Notes: generated by a model from the letters alone, not told the origin. A DNA stretch of 64,000 nucleotides from Chrysomallon squamiferum (GCA_012295275.1 CM022672.1:29450001-29514000), one strand, 5' to 3'. Shown: positions 14,023 through 29,443, numbered from the stretch's first letter. A program made the numbers and translations.

Positions 14023-15544
14023 AACAATAACAATAACAATAACAATAATAATAATAATAATAATAATTTATAACACAGTGACCATTAACGGCCATTGTAC
14101 GAAACAAACATTTCGCAGAGGATAACGACTTAAATTCAAAAATCGGAATGCACTGACGATTTGACAGTTATAGAGTCCCCAGTTGTTATACTAAAATTCA
14201 TTTCATTTTGAAAATTATACGTATCGTTATAATGTTCTCTTAAATCCTGAATTTCTCATCCTGCACCTAAGGTGGTATCCTGTAAATTCAATACAGAACA
14301 AACTGCTGACGTAAAACAAAAGAATGACGTCACTATAAGTTGAACCTTTTACTCAGGGACGTACTTTATACTGAATTAAGCTCAGTGACATATGTACGCT
14401 TGAAATGTGATTTTTTTTTCCTTCATTTTTTCCCCCTGTGTACTCCGGTTAAGGATCTTTTCCTGTATCATATGCCTGTCATACATCGGTCTTCAAATCT
14501 TGTTCGATTAAATGGCAGAAATAGCTTAACAAAGAACTTCATATATTTTTAGTCTGTATTAATGACTTATACTGGTAAGGGCAGAGAGAAACCGCTGTGG
14601 TGTTTTTTTCAGTTTGTTTGTTGACATGTATTAATTTGTGTTATGTTATTTATTTGTTTGTTGTTTGTTTATTGAAATTTCATAGGGGTTTTATTGGCGT
14701 TGATGTTATTGTTGATGTAGATGTTATTGTTCTTGTTTATTAATAACTCTTTAAAAATATTTCCTTTTATATTTATCTACATGAGTTAATCCTTTCAAAA
14801 CTAATTAAATACATTTCATTTTATTACTTTTAGAGTATGTATACACACACACACACACACATACACATACACACACATTAAACTTGTTTGTTTATTAATT
14901 ACTGACTTATTTATATATTTATTTATTTTCGAACATTCTCTGTTTGTTGGTATCTGACCGGGATATAAGTCTGAAACTTTCCACAAATTAACACAGACTA
15001 AATTAGTAATTATTCTGTATACGACTTTTCTTTCATTCTTTTTTTCCCCCCTCTTTTTCTTTTTTTTTTTTTTGTTTTTTTTTTCTTCATTTTTTTTTTC
15101 TAAAACCGTTTTCTCACTGCTATACGTTATCGGAGAAACCCTGTTTATATACATTTAGTACAATAAGTTATCTCAACAATGAAGCATAAAACAAAGCAAA
15201 GAGAATTCTTATCTTTCAGATAAAAGAGTTATGTCGAGTCCGCCCAGACAAATATCTCAAACTTGCCTGCTATTGTGTTAAAACTGAGACCTTGCTTTAA
15301 TGATCAGAACATTTTTTTAAATTATTACTTTTTAAATATTCGTTTAATTAATTAATTTGCTAGATTGTTTGTTTGTTTATTTGTTCATTTACTTATTTTA
15401 AATTTTGTTTTATTTTTTTAATATTTATTTTGTTAAAATAGTTTTGTTTGAAGAGATACGTTTTGACAGTTGTTTCTTTTCGATATTCCTACATTTTACC
15501 TATGCATATGTCCTACATATACTTACCTTTACACACTGTTCTAG

Positions 15545-15654
<110 letters not shown>

Positions 15655-16547
15655 CACTGACAATAATAACAATAATAGCAAAAGCAGCAGCAGCAACAAC
15701 AGTAACAACAACAGCAACAACAATAATTACAAACTGGAAAAGCTATGTTTGTTTTTCGTATTAATATATTAAAGAGGGTAGATAAGTAAATATGTTGACG
15801 TGTAAACCCACTGACGTGTAAACAGAGAATTGCATAAACAAAACCTTGAAGTTTACTAGTACACAAAACATCATTATCACGTAAAGACAAACCATACAAA
15901 TATATACACACCAGTATATATATATACATACATACAGACATTTAATATTAAACATACAAACATATAACACACGCAGTGATAGAAATAGACAACATATATA
16001 TGTCCAGCAAACATACACCGTCAAACATAGACGCATATATACACAAACACAACATAAACACACACACATATACATACAAAGCATGCATATATACATATAT
16101 GCATATGTATATATCACACGCCACATTCACACCGATCATATAAATAAACTCTAACAGTAAGTAACGCAACTTATATTACACATCCTCTGTGTTACATTCA
16201 CGATATGAAACACGATCTAATACTTGAATATATTCTCCAACTTACAATAAATATACAAACACTGTGTGTGCTTATTCATTATACTGGAGCTGATTACATG
16301 GGCGGGCAGTTTCCAGGCCATTCTTTCTCAGCCAAGCATGAAGAGAATTAATTGTTTCCGTCTGTTTTATAATGAGAAGAAATTAATATTGAATAGGGCG
16401 AGCACGACTTGGTCAAATACACGTCGTATAAAGCACCTCTATTGGTGTTGGTGTTAAATTAAAAGTGAAAGATGGTGGCCTGTAAGGGAAAGGCGTTGAA
16501 GATGGTTCTCACTCACACAGACATACATGCATCCAGACAGAGAGACT

Positions 16548-16624
<77 letters not shown>

Positions 16625-17489
16625 TCACACACAAAAGAAACATATGGACATTAATGCACTTACACAGCGTTTAGCTGTTTCTTGATAGACTACTTTCATA
16701 TAAATAAACCATGTATGACATATACGAAAACACACATATAAGTTCATACATACATACATACTAACGTACGTATATACGTTATTACTACTAACATACATAC
16801 ATATATAGATGCTACACAGATATAACACATATACACACACACATACACAAACGCATACATAGGTCTGGCTGTGTAAAATATACATCTGTTTTTCTTTTTT
16901 TACATTTTTATAGTGTTATTTTTCTTTTTATGTACCATATACACACTTATTTATAGACAACAAATATTTATTTGTAGATACACAAGGTTTATGTTATCGA
17001 TGTTTTGTTGCTGTCATTTGTCAAAGACACTTGTACATTAATGTTTAATTTATGGTAATTTTTATCGCTACATTCGTAAACGAATGCAGGCAAATCCTCT
17101 TGTAGGCGTCATCCCGAGATCTTCTCTGTGCTTCCCGACTGTCGCAAACTCGCGTTTGCTTGTTTTTCACAGAACGAGTGTTTGTCTTTCAGAATCTCGA
17201 GTCCCGGGGATTTCGGGTTATCTCAGTTGTTTTTCAGTTAAGTAATTACTTTATTGCTTTAATACGACCCCCGTCGTCAACCGACTTAATTAGACAGTTC
17301 GTGAAGTTTGTCGTAAACGGAGTTTACGGAATAAACCTGCAGAAACAAAACAAGCCGAACGTTTGTGAGTTGGTGTTGAAGTCTGTGCAGTTAATGAAAT
17401 CAGCTTCAGCGTTTCGGAGCTGTTTTCTGACGTTAATAAAAGAAGACGGATGTGTCTTTGTTTTCAAGTAAATGTTGAAGAAAACAAAA

Positions 17490-18950
17490 AGTTGAACATT
17501 TGTGACTTACCTTTGAAGTAAGAGGAATATTATATTTATCAGCAGTTTTGACTTAGATTTACGTTACAGGAATATCATCAGCATTATTAACTTACATTTA
17601 AAGTTAGAGGAATATTATATTAGCATCAGTGACTTAGCTTTGTTGATAGAAATATGAAGGAATGTCATATAAAAATTTGTGTTTTATCTTTGAAGTGAAG
17701 CAAAATTAGAAGAAATTAACTTAGGTATTTTTAAGCTGCTTCTGAAGTTTGAAAGCTGGAGGAATATTATTTCAGTTTTGATGTTATGTAAAAACATCGG
17801 ACTGTTGTGTTGATTTTCAGTGAGTAATTTAGAGAAAATCAAAAAGTCAAGAATGTGAGTATTTCAAATGTGACCAGTAAACTTACTCAGTTTCGTAAAA
17901 TTAGAGACATTTCAGGGTTTTATCACTTCATATTAATACTGAAGAAAGTAAAATCTGCAGGAAGAGATGTCAGCTTTGAAGTGTAGAAAACGAGATAAAC
18001 TCGTGTTTAACTTTGAACTCTCTCAGCGTAAGCAGACAGGAACAAGAATCTGAGCTTTGAAGACTTTGTGAAGAGAATAGAACTAAAACACACACACGTT
18101 CATACGTTTTTTGTGACTTTGTTTTGAAACAAGAGGAATATAATCTTTAACATTTTTGAATTAAGCAGTTAAAACCGAACATTTGTAAATTAGATCTGTG
18201 ATAATTTGAAATAATTTCAGCATTCGAAAATGGATAAATACTGCAACAAAACACGTTTCTGATTTTAATTCTGAACTTACGGTGCCAACCAGATAATTAA
18301 TACTTCTGTGACCTGATTTGTGAGATGAATTAAATTAGTGTGATATAACTGAACATTTCTGACTGAGCTTCGAAGTGGATTAAAACTAAACCAAACACAA
18401 CTTCAGTGTTTGTGCAATTTGATCTGAACTGATTGAAACAGTGCTTCAATTTTTGTTTTAATTTTTTTTTTCTTGTTTTTCGATAAAAACTGCAGGAACA
18501 GAGTTCAGCACCTACGACAATTAGTGATGTGAGTAAACGACGTATAGACGACTGTAACAGGTTCTCGAGAACTTTTATTTTAGTTGCAAAAGTTTTACTG
18601 ACAAACCCGTGAATCGGTTCCGACGTTTACTCTAAAGAATATTATTTATAAACTTTAATTTTGGAATTACGATTATAATAAAAAAAAAAAAAAAAAAAAG
18701 ATTTCAACAGGTGGTCTTTTACGACTTGAAGTCTAATGTGAGAAACTAAAACAGGAGCTTATGAAAAAAATAATAATAAAAAAATTAAATAGAAAAAAAC
18801 ATTCTGATTTATTTTTGACATGTTTCTTTTTTGAAGTGAGTAAACTTAAAAAACACATCTCGGCGTTTGTCAAGTATTAAGGATAAAATTACAGGAATAC
18901 ATTTCAGTACTTGTGACGTTTCATCGGAAGCAAGTAGTAGACTTAATGAA
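17490..18950 (+). repeat. Degenerate ~40-50 bp tandem repeat array upstream of the 19806 ORF
   Basis: Recurring consensus ~TCAGCATTTGTGACTTAnnTTTGAAGTnAGAGGAATA. Clearest at 17496, 17539, 17578, 17620, 17670 and 18105; weaker at 18351, 18402 and 18903. Confidence 0.6.
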
Positions 18951-19805
18951 GTCATTTTAAATAATATTTTGTTTTCGTTTTATATCGGTGAAAACAAAAA
19001 CAACAAGAACGATTTCTGTACAGTTAATCAGTGAGATTTTAAACTTCTGGGAAATATTTTCCATAGGATTATGTTTTTCGTTTTTGTATTTCGATTATAG
19101 AAAAACCCTTGTGTGAGAAAAGGATTCTTGAATTTTTGTCTAAGATGTGAATAGATTGGTTGTGAGTTAATATATAAATCGGTTTTATTTTTATTTGGAC
19201 GAAGTAAAAAAATAACATAAAAGAAAATATTTCAATATTTGACGTACATTTTTGAATTTACGTTTCTTGCATTTCGATAATAAATGCAAGAAAAAGATTA
19301 TATGCATTTTTTAAATATAATAATTGTTTGGACATGATTGGAATATAACTTTATTTGGATATCATTATAAAATAAAGTAGCATGATTCGTTAGTTTTATT
19401 CCCAGGTACGCTGACTGCTCGAAATTACTGAAAACAGTTATTTCAGTTTCTTACATTTCTATGAAAGCTGTGAATGGTTTGAGTTAAGATTAGAAAAAGA
19501 AATAAATTTGGTGTTGAACGCAGAGAAGAAATGTAAAGACAAGAAGAAGAAGAAAAAAAACCCATAAACTTTTCAAATTAATGTGAAACATTAATTCAAA
19601 GAAAGGATAGAAAAGAAAATGCCACTAAAGGATTTTTAAAACAAATAGAGAGACAACAACAGGGAGAAAAATAAAATAACGGTAAGTTAAAGAACAAAAA
19701 GAGACAAAACGAACACAAAAGAATAAAGCGAAAGAAAGAAAGAAAAATTTCAAAAGAGAAGAAAAGAAATAAGAAAGTGGAAATTAAAAAAATTAAATTA
19801 AAACA

Positions 19806-21006
19806 ATGACTCTTCGAAAAAAATACGAAATAAAACGGAGAGCTTTGCTTTTCGGTGGCGATTTTGAAACTCCCGGAAGATACCGGAAATTAACGGACGA
19901 GGAAATCGCCGCGGAGTGGTTTACTCCGAGAAAACAGATTGTACGAAGCCGATCTCTCACGAACTTAGAATCTCGACAAGACGACACGAATCAAACGAGA
20001 TATATTCATCCACTGGAGGATCAAAATGCTGGACATCGATCGAAAAGTATTTCTGCTACATGTGAGAATTCTGTCAGTCTCAGACCCTCTCGTCCCAGCC
20101 CCGCCTTTAATAACCCACAGCGGCGTTTCACAACAGAAATTAACGTCACAATTGAACCAAGAATAAAAGATGTTTACAACGATTCTGGAGGCAAAGAAAC
20201 GAAAAACCAACCTGCCCCGCTTAATGATGACGTCATTGTGAACAAAGAGGTAGATATTTCAGAATTGCCATCTATTACAAGCACTTCTAATGACGCAAAA
20301 GCAAAGCATGATATTTCAGAAACATCTACAAAAAACGTAAACATCGCCCACGAAGATTCTTGCAAAAAGCACATTTCCGGACACAGCCTCTTTGAACCTG
20401 GAAGTGACGTCAGCTTAGAGGACGGGAAGTCTCGAGTGACTGGAAAGGTGGGTCACTGTTTAACATGCAAGTGTCAGACGGAATTTCTTACACTAGCAGA
20501 CGCTTCCTGTCAGACCAAGACTCGCAAACACAGCTCAAAGAAAACAGAAACTGACCAGCACGACACCTCGACAAAAGTCGCTCATGATGACGTGGAAAAG
20601 TCGAGTTATTCCACCGGAAGCGTGAAGTCTCATTCTTTCTCGTCTACGTCGTCATCAAACACCACGGACGACACCAAATCGTGGAAAGAAATTTTCGTGA
20701 TAAATCAAACAAATGCTTCTCATGCTGACCAGTTCATGGATTTGAAAGGGCAAAAGGTGTCATGTTCAAAAATTCCATCGGATGACGTCATCACTAACTC
20801 ACGAGCTGGAAATTCGACTGTGCCCGCACAAATTGTTGAGAATGACGTCTCGGTTGAAGACAGATTCGATTACGTTAAAATTCCAGCGCCAGTATGGGCC
20901 AAGAGTTCGAAGGAAAGTACAACATTTATCTGCTTCGGTGAACTTCGTAATGATGACGTACCGGAACTGACGTCAACACATCGACAGGCTTCACAACTGA
21001 AATCAG
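19806..21006 (+). CDS. Alternative upstream coding exon (400 codons + 1 nt, Ser/Thr/Asp/Lys-rich), probably of the HSPA12 gene
   Basis: 404-aa ORF with a donor TCAG|gtagag at 21006 (phase 1). Splicing to the acceptor ttacag|GT ATG at 25878/25879 gives GGT-ATG, in frame with the 25881 ORF. Confidence 0.6.
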
Positions 21007-21173
21007 GTAGAGTCAGTTAAATACGATACTCACAATCTAACATTTCTCTTTTTCTGTCTTTTTCGTTTCCTCTTTCTTTCTTTCTTATTATTAATTAAGG
21101 TGTACAAGTCCTTGGGATACAAAAAGAAAAAAATGAAACAGAAACGAAAAAGATACGCGTACCCACAAGACTG

Positions 21174-21255
<82 letters not shown>

Positions 21256-21351
21256 ACTGACACGTCACCAAAATTAAATATTAATGATTATTAACTGTTA
21301 ATAATAATTATATTATCTTAGTTATAGTAAGTAACAGTAGACAGTAAAACA

Positions 21352-21470
21352 ATACCAGTCGTTAGATAAACCAGACATGGAGTCGTGTTGGAACGAGAAA
21401 TAGGCTGATAGGCTCATACATGAGTTAATATATCACAGGCAGCAGACTGACCACTGAGCCACATACCGCT
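21352..21470 (-). mobile_element. Degenerate tRNA-derived SINE-like fragment
   Basis: Minus strand carries an A-box-like TGGCTCAGTGG (21461-21451) followed by a CTATTTCTCGTTCCA core. No intact B-box or cloverleaf. Confidence 0.3.
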
Positions 21471-22300
21471 GCTGTTATTATTTAATCACCATGTTTCTCC
21501 AGTAAGTAGAAACCTGACATCTTCTGTTAATGGCTCGCGGAAAAAATTCCCCCCAAAGAAAACAACAGAAAAGCCCCCTCCAGAAAACCTCCAAAACTAA
21601 CAGTAACAAAAACAGTAACAATAATAAAATAAACATTTTTTGTTATAGATACAAGTAAAAAAGATGATTTATTTTATGAAAGTGAAAACATCTATATATT
21701 AATACAATTAATTTATAAACAGCTATCATCATTACCAGTATTGACAATTAACAACAAACAAAAAAAAAAAAAATTAGTTTTTTTTAAAAATTAAACAACA
21801 AAAACAAACATGAGTTAGGTTTTCATATAGCAGTCATAGTAACGCGAACTATGTAGAATAGATCCCACAGACGTTAAGATAGTGGTCAAACGTTCTAGCC
21901 ATACAGCCACAGATCTCGAAGTACGAATAAATAACACTAATATATTGTTGTGTGTTATTTTACTGTTGTGATGCTGGTATAACTAATAAAAATGTCATAG
22001 TTTAAAATTTATTATCTCATGTTTCGTGTCTCTATTGTTTTGATTAATGTATGGCCTCGAAAACAGTTCATTTCTGTCAAAACAAATTATACATAATGTA
22101 CATACATTGAGCGACACCCGTACAATAACACTTCTTCATAACCATAGCAACAAGATGTAAAAAATAACTTTAAAAAAATGTACTGTTGAACGCAGTACTA
22201 TCGAGAATTGAAAAAAAAAAGGTATAAGCATAAATGTAAATATATATACAAACAAAGTTACACAAAACTACGTATAGAGACGAAACGATTGTGCGTACAA

Positions 22301-22393
<93 letters not shown>

Positions 22394-22742
22394 ACAACAG
22401 TTATCTATAACAACAAAGAAATAGCAATAGCAATAACAATAACAACAAAAATAAGAGAGTAAGGAAGCATAGGTTAGCCCCACCCCACCTAGATCCGCTC
22501 ATTCGTTACACTGTCCAGAACTGGGGTCAAAGATTACGCACGTTTTTGACATTTTTCTGTATTCTCACATTGTTGTAATTAGCTGGTATTTTACCGGTGG
22601 ACGCCAGGGTCGGGGCAATGTGTGGACGTACATCATATTTACACTAGACAGCGCTCTGGCCCCATGCCAAATTTAGATACGTAATTTGTTTATTTTGTGA
22701 GTACACGCACTTGTATGTATTATGAACAGAGATAAAAGAACA

Positions 22743-22784
<42 letters not shown>

Positions 22785-24639
22785 AACAAGCGTACGTACA
22801 CATATAAATGCAGTTTACAAATTTAAAATTTACAAAAATCTATTGGTTTTAATACAATCACAGATACACTTTAATAAATTTCCACATTACTGTTAGATAG
22901 AGAGATACATACATACATACATACACACACACATATAAATATTTATATATACATTAATACATATTTACCCCCCACACACACACACACGCACGCACACATT
23001 ATTATTAAATAGTACCAAAGATCCCTGTTTCCCTCTTACATTGAATATCGGGATTGGAAGGCACGTGTTAACAATTTCAAATTCCTTAAAGAGGCAACCA
23101 CTGTATTTTATTCTGACAAATAAGAAACGATTACGTATTTATGACGTCACGGTGTTGATACAGGTGATATTACTGACAAACATCGCCGGTGCCATGATAC
23201 TAAAACATTCACGTGTGAGATCAAGATGTGAACATATTTAATACTAATGACGTAAGATATGACGTAATGACTCTTCTAATCACAGAGTAAATAAAATTGT
23301 AAAACGATGTTCAGACTGTCAATATAAAAAATCGTAGAACTCATTGAAACGGGTTGATTTAAATAATATATACACATAATATCTACACAAGTACAGACAA
23401 ACACACACGTCTATACATAGGTAATATCTGGTTAGAATGGAAAATTCGCCATTTAGCCTGAGCAGGATAAAACTGATATTGTAAAACAGTAACCAGTTAT
23501 TTCTCTTATCCTGCAATTCTAAATTATACACCCCCCCCACAAAAAAGGACCAATATAAAATTACTTTTTTCATTTTTTGACTCGCCAAAATAGTCCTTAA
23601 ATAACAACAACATTTTGTTATTTTATAAAAGACAATAGTTTTCCAAATGGACTTCTAAATCAGAAATTAAACATTAAAGACGTAAAACTGAATAATATTT
23701 ATGTAGATAGCAAGTCATTTATCGAAGTAAAAATTAGTTCCGCCCCCAAAAGCTATATTTTTGGTCAGTTCTCGATTTTATACCAATATATATATAAAAG
23801 TGCAGTTTAATATTTTGTCTATGCATGCAGTTATATACGATCAGGAAAGAAAAGAAATTTAAAATAAGTGAAAGTAAGAAAAATGAAATTAATTCACAAA
23901 TACATTAACTGATAATAAACAAACAAACACATAAAATAAAATAAAATATAATAAATAAATAAATAAAGATGATTATAAATAAATAGTCATTATTCTAGTA
24001 TTATCATTATCATCGTAATCATCATCATCATCATCATATTATTATTATTATTGTCGTTGTTGTTGTTGCTGCTGTTAATCCTGTTGTTGTCGTCGTCGTA
24101 GTTATCACCATGGTCCTCTAAGAAAACGTAGACGGTGAAGTATGTGAGAAAATTCTGGCAGAGTTAAGATTTATTATGAAGAAAGACAGAGAGATGATAA
24201 AACACTTTTATCAAACTTTCGTGAGGCTGCATAAATCAGTTAACATGATACAGCCGGACTGCGCATCGGATTTCCCATTGTTTAACATGGGCCAGTCTGG
24301 AGGGGTTTAAGGAAGGGATAGAACAGTTTGTACATCATTTAATAATATCCCTTTAAAACAGAACCACTTACGATTTACTTGAATAACTTATAATTTTGAA
24401 AACTGGAAAGATTTTAAACTAATGCTAAGCTGCATACTGTCAATACATGTCTCTATTTTGCTATTTTTTAGTTTTCATTCTACTTTGAAATAAAAGTTCA
24501 GTTTTATTCTTATATACATATATTTTAATTCCCAAAATTAATTAATTAATAGAATTAAAAATATTAAAACAAAATAATAATAATAAATGAAAATAAAACA
24601 CGGGAAGAAAGGTATCGTCGCCATATTTGAAACTGTATT

Positions 24640-24860
24640 CGAAACGCGGAATGCGCGATGAGAAGCAGACGACTTTTCGTGTTGTCGTCTGCTCACGTGA
24701 CCTCATTTACAAACATCACTTAGTAGTGACTATCAGGCCGAGCGGATGCCGGGGAAATTTTGGTAACTTTTTAATTTTTATTTTTCGAAATATTTGTCAG
24801 TGGACTAATCAAATATCCTAATTAATAGCAAGTTAGCATTTCTGTTTTCGTCAGGTAAGT
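24640..24860 (+). promoter_or_regulatory. Putative alternative promoter and non-coding first exon of HSPA12
   Basis: CpG-rich patch with TCACGTGAC (24693-24701) and a perfect donor CAG|GTAAGT at 24854/24855, about 1 kb upstream of the acceptor at 25878. Confidence 0.5.
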
Positions 24861-25200
24861 ATTAATTATTTTATTTGATGTCAGTAGTACCCATTGTTTT
24901 TGTTAACACTGAACGTCCTAGGGTGCCCTTTTAATGATGATTAATGTTAACAGTGTTGCGGATTGAACAACCAGAGTCTGATTAAATATTTAAAACGAAA
25001 GCTAAGTTAAATATTTTGTCAGATGTATTTCACATGTTTTCACAAAAGTACCAGCAGTGAATCACGAACGTAAATTTAAAATTTTTGATTTTAAATTTGT
25101 TTAAAAAAGAAAAATAGAAAATACGTTTCTAATTGTTAACATCAGTTAATTAATTATTTTAGAACTGGAAACAAAAGAACCCAAGGATTTAAATAATTAA

Positions 25201-25250
<50 letters not shown>

Positions 25251-25326
25251 AGAAGAATAGGAATAAGAATAGAAAAGCTAAGAAAAGAAAATTAAAACAG
25301 TATTATAATAGCTATTTAATTCCTCC

Positions 25327-25376
<50 letters not shown>

Positions 25377-25439
25377 TAATAATAACAAAGAATAGGAATA
25401 GGGAATAAAAAGCTAAGAAAAGAAAATTAAAACTCTTTA

Positions 25440-25502
<63 letters not shown>

Positions 25503-25589
25503 TCACACACACACACACACACATAAACATATACGTACTTGTGGGTATTTAGAAGTTTCGTTCACTATATCCACTGTTATCTCTCTCTG

Positions 25590-25648
<59 letters not shown>

Positions 25649-25880
25649 ATATATATATACATACAAGAACACACACGCATGCAAACAGATTACTACCTAG
25701 GGTTCGGTTAAACCTCAACCTATTCCTGACAATGCATCTTGTTTTACATTAGAAATATTGGCCACACATGAAACAAACCAGGTGCATTTCTAATCAGGAT
25801 TCTCTGTTAAGTATCTGACAAATATTACTCACATTTACAACTGTTACTATTTGACATTATAGTTTTACTACGTTACAGGT

Positions 25881-28800
25881 ATGGCCGCCTGTGTGGAAGA
25901 TAAACCAGTAAATAAATACACTGAGATGAACGGTGAAACAATGCAAAAGTCCGCCAGTGTAGGGACCACGACTGCTGGCAGCGGAGTGACGTCGCTTCCG
26001 TCAAGGGAGACTACCTGTACAGATCTTGATTCCGATGCTTCAGCAGACAAGAGAGAAAAGTCCGGGGAGTCGTCAAGTGGACCTGACTTCAAACGGAAAG
26101 AATCGACTACTTCATCTTCTGAATCTAGTTCTCATAACACTGACAGTATTGATGGGGAAAAAAAAGATACAAGCGTATCTGGTCATTCTGATATTCCAAA
26201 TACAACGGAATCACTTGACCTTCCAGATGCTTCGAAAACAACTGGAGATACTACAGGACTATATGGTTCTAATAGTCCTGCTGTAAATGCTTCGACAGAG
26301 ACAACAGTTCCTTCTGGACTGAAGAATCACAACACAGAAGGTTTTGAGTATGAACAGAACCCTTCAAATGTTCTGAACTCTAGTAACGAAACCCAGGAAC
26401 TGATTATTTACATTGGTCCAGAAGGTGAACAGACCGTATCAGGTGGACAGCTCATGCCAGTGACTTACAAACCGTTTGGTGAATCTCCTACATATGTCGC
26501 TGTTGAAGTGAAATGCTGTGAAGTTCAGTCAAAAATAGAAATAGTAGAAACCTCTCCTGCAGATAAAATACCTGAAGAAAATACTGATACAGACCAGTCT
26601 GTTAGAAGTGAAAGGAAAATTACTGATGAAGAATTTGCTACAAAGGTATCATCTGAAAAAAAGGTTAGGCTTATAAGCAAAACGTCTGCAAATGAAACAT
26701 TAGATGATACCAACACCTCCAACAATGTTATAGTGAAATCAGATGAGCTTCACTCTTCGAATATCGAACAACCGTACATTACAATAACTGTCACTGCGCC
26801 ACCCAGTGAAAACATGGACACGGATTCATGGTCCGAAGCAGTTATTCATCCGTGTCCGGCAGACAGCAGACTGGCAGACGTACCACTGAAGAAAGCTAAA
26901 GTTTACGTTCCGTCCACAGATTCCGATTCGTCGTCAGATTCAGAAAGCAGCTCCTCTGCAGGTGACAATAAAGTAAAACAAAAAAGGTCAGAAGAATCAA
27001 AACATTTGAAAGAGAAAGAAAAGGTGGAATTTGACAGTAACAAAGAGGTTGATACCATCTCAAGTGATCAAAATGAAAACTGTGGGGCGTTATCGTCTGA
27101 CTCGCTATCAGCGGGTGTTACGGAATTGAACAAACCATCTCATTCAGCTGATCACTCTTATCCGGACACAAATGTCATCAGTGATTCTAACGTTGACGTT
27201 AATAAACCGAATTCTTTCGAAGAGCTTAAAAAAAGTGACGCTGAATTAAGGATCGACGTAAGCAAAACTGAAAATAAAATAAACGCCTTGTCAACGGAAG
27301 CTGGGCCATCTGAAGTGCTATCCAATGGCTTACCTCTAGCTGATTACACTAAATTGTCTGAAATAACTTTGTTCATCCGCCAAAACGACAATGAATCAAA
27401 GGAATGGAAGGATTGTGTGCCTGATTCCAGCACTGACGTTAGACCTGAACAAATCGAAATACCTTTGCCTGGAGCTGTTCCAGATGAAGTGTTGTTAGTT
27501 TCTCAAAATCAATTCCCACCTTCTTTTGGTCAAAATGAATTGTCTTTTGGAGATAAAAATCAATTGCCACTCGAAGGTAAAATTGAAGTACCTCTTCAAG
27601 CACAAGCTGATGTGTCTTTTCAAAATGAACGCTCGTCTGCTAATGATGAAAAAGAACTGTTGTCTGCTGGACAAACTGAAGGAGACAAGATATGTAATAT
27701 TTCATCAGAACAATCTGGCGAACGCAACGAGTCTGGTCCAGCAGATGAACCCAAAGATAAGACACTGGACACATCATCATCGTCTGACGACAAAAATAAC
27801 AAAGTCAAAAAGACACGTCACACGTCGATAGAGGGTGACACTGAGCTGCGAAATACTCCGAAAAGCAGACAGAAGAAGAATCGAGTAAGCAGCATGCTAG
27901 ACAGAATCAAACACAAGATATTTTCAGACACAGAACGTCCGGAAAGGCCGGTTAGTGTAGGACAAGAGGAGAAAGCGAGTCCCGTGGCACACAGTCCTGC
28001 CAAGCCCAAAAGAAAATTCAGACGAGGGTCGTTAGGAAAGGGTAAAAGAAAATCTTTTGATCTGGGAAACATTTCTGCTAACAGAGATATGGTTGAAATT
28101 GATCCAAACTCTGAAATGGATAAACTGGAGGGAAAGCAGGTGACGTCAGCGTGTGAACCGTCTATTCCAGACGTTCAGAAAATGTCTGTTGGAAAGTCAC
28201 CAGAGGCCGCTTCTCGTGATCAACCAAACGCAGTTTCTGTTACGTCTAAAAAGGACATTAAAGGTTGTGATTCAACTCCTGACAAGGGTAAAGGTGTCAT
28301 ATATATAACAAACACTGCTGAGCGCTCGATGTTCTCCCGAGACAAGAAAAAAGATAAATCAAGTCGTTCCAAAAGTCGGTCTAGATCTGCTGAAAGGAAA
28401 ACAGAGGAGGAAACTGGTTCAAAGAAAGCCCATGCTAAAACACCTGTATTAAATTCGTCCAGCAAGAAAGATAAAAGTGACACTGAACCTTTGGAGGTGA
28501 CAATAAACGACAATGATACCAAGCCAAAGTATTCAGAACGAATGTCTTCCTCACACAGTCTGTCAAGATCAAGCTCAAGCAGCAGCAGCGAGAGTTCCCG
28601 AAAGAAAGAGAAAGAACAAAGAACAGACAAGGTGAAGACTGATTCCGAGCATCCAAAGTGTTTTTCACAGACTTCATCTGCACCTGCTGACACGACTCCA
28701 TCAGTAACAATACTTTCTCCTTCCAAACTTGCAGCGTCACCAAGTGATTCTGAACCAGAAACCAAACAAGGCTCACTCTACACTGAATGCATTCCTCTTG

Positions 28801-29360
28801 AGGCAGTCCCAGCACCCGAGTCGCTGGGTCCCAAACAGCAGAACTACTTTGTTGTCGTCGCCATAGATTTTGGAACAACATACAGCGGCTACGCGCTAAG
28901 CTTCACCCGGGACCCCGACGGTGTTCATATGATGAGGAACTGGGAGGGAGGAGACCCGGGCGTGGTCAATCAGAAGATCCCCACTTCCATTCTGCTCACT
29001 CCTGAAGGGGAGTTCGACTCGTTTGGATTTACAGCCAGAGACAGGTATCACAATCTGGATCACAACGAGGCTAAGAACTGGCTGTATTTTGAAAAATTCA
29101 AAATGATTCTTCATAACAGCTCGGTAAGATTTTCACCTTCATTATATCTTCCTGTTTTCAGATTTACCTTCATCGTTCCAGCTTGCTTTCTCTAATCTAA
29201 ACTTCATTCATTTTATCTTGGTTTCAATATTTAATATATAATACATACATACATGTACGTACATATATATATATATATGTATGTATGTATGTATACAAAT
29301 TAATTCATTATGTCACAACATAATATTAGTTACTATTTCAAATAAAATTAAATAAATAAT

Positions 29361-29443
<83 letters not shown>

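Noticed and set aside
17490-18950. CRISPR-like repeat-spacer array
   Set aside because: Units are highly degenerate with no fixed-length unique spacers, no cas genes, and the context is eukaryotic.
25868-29114. Antisense and off-frame ORFs inside the large HSPA12 exon (up to 181 aa)
   Set aside because: Expected shadows of a long Ser-rich coding exon; no independent signals.
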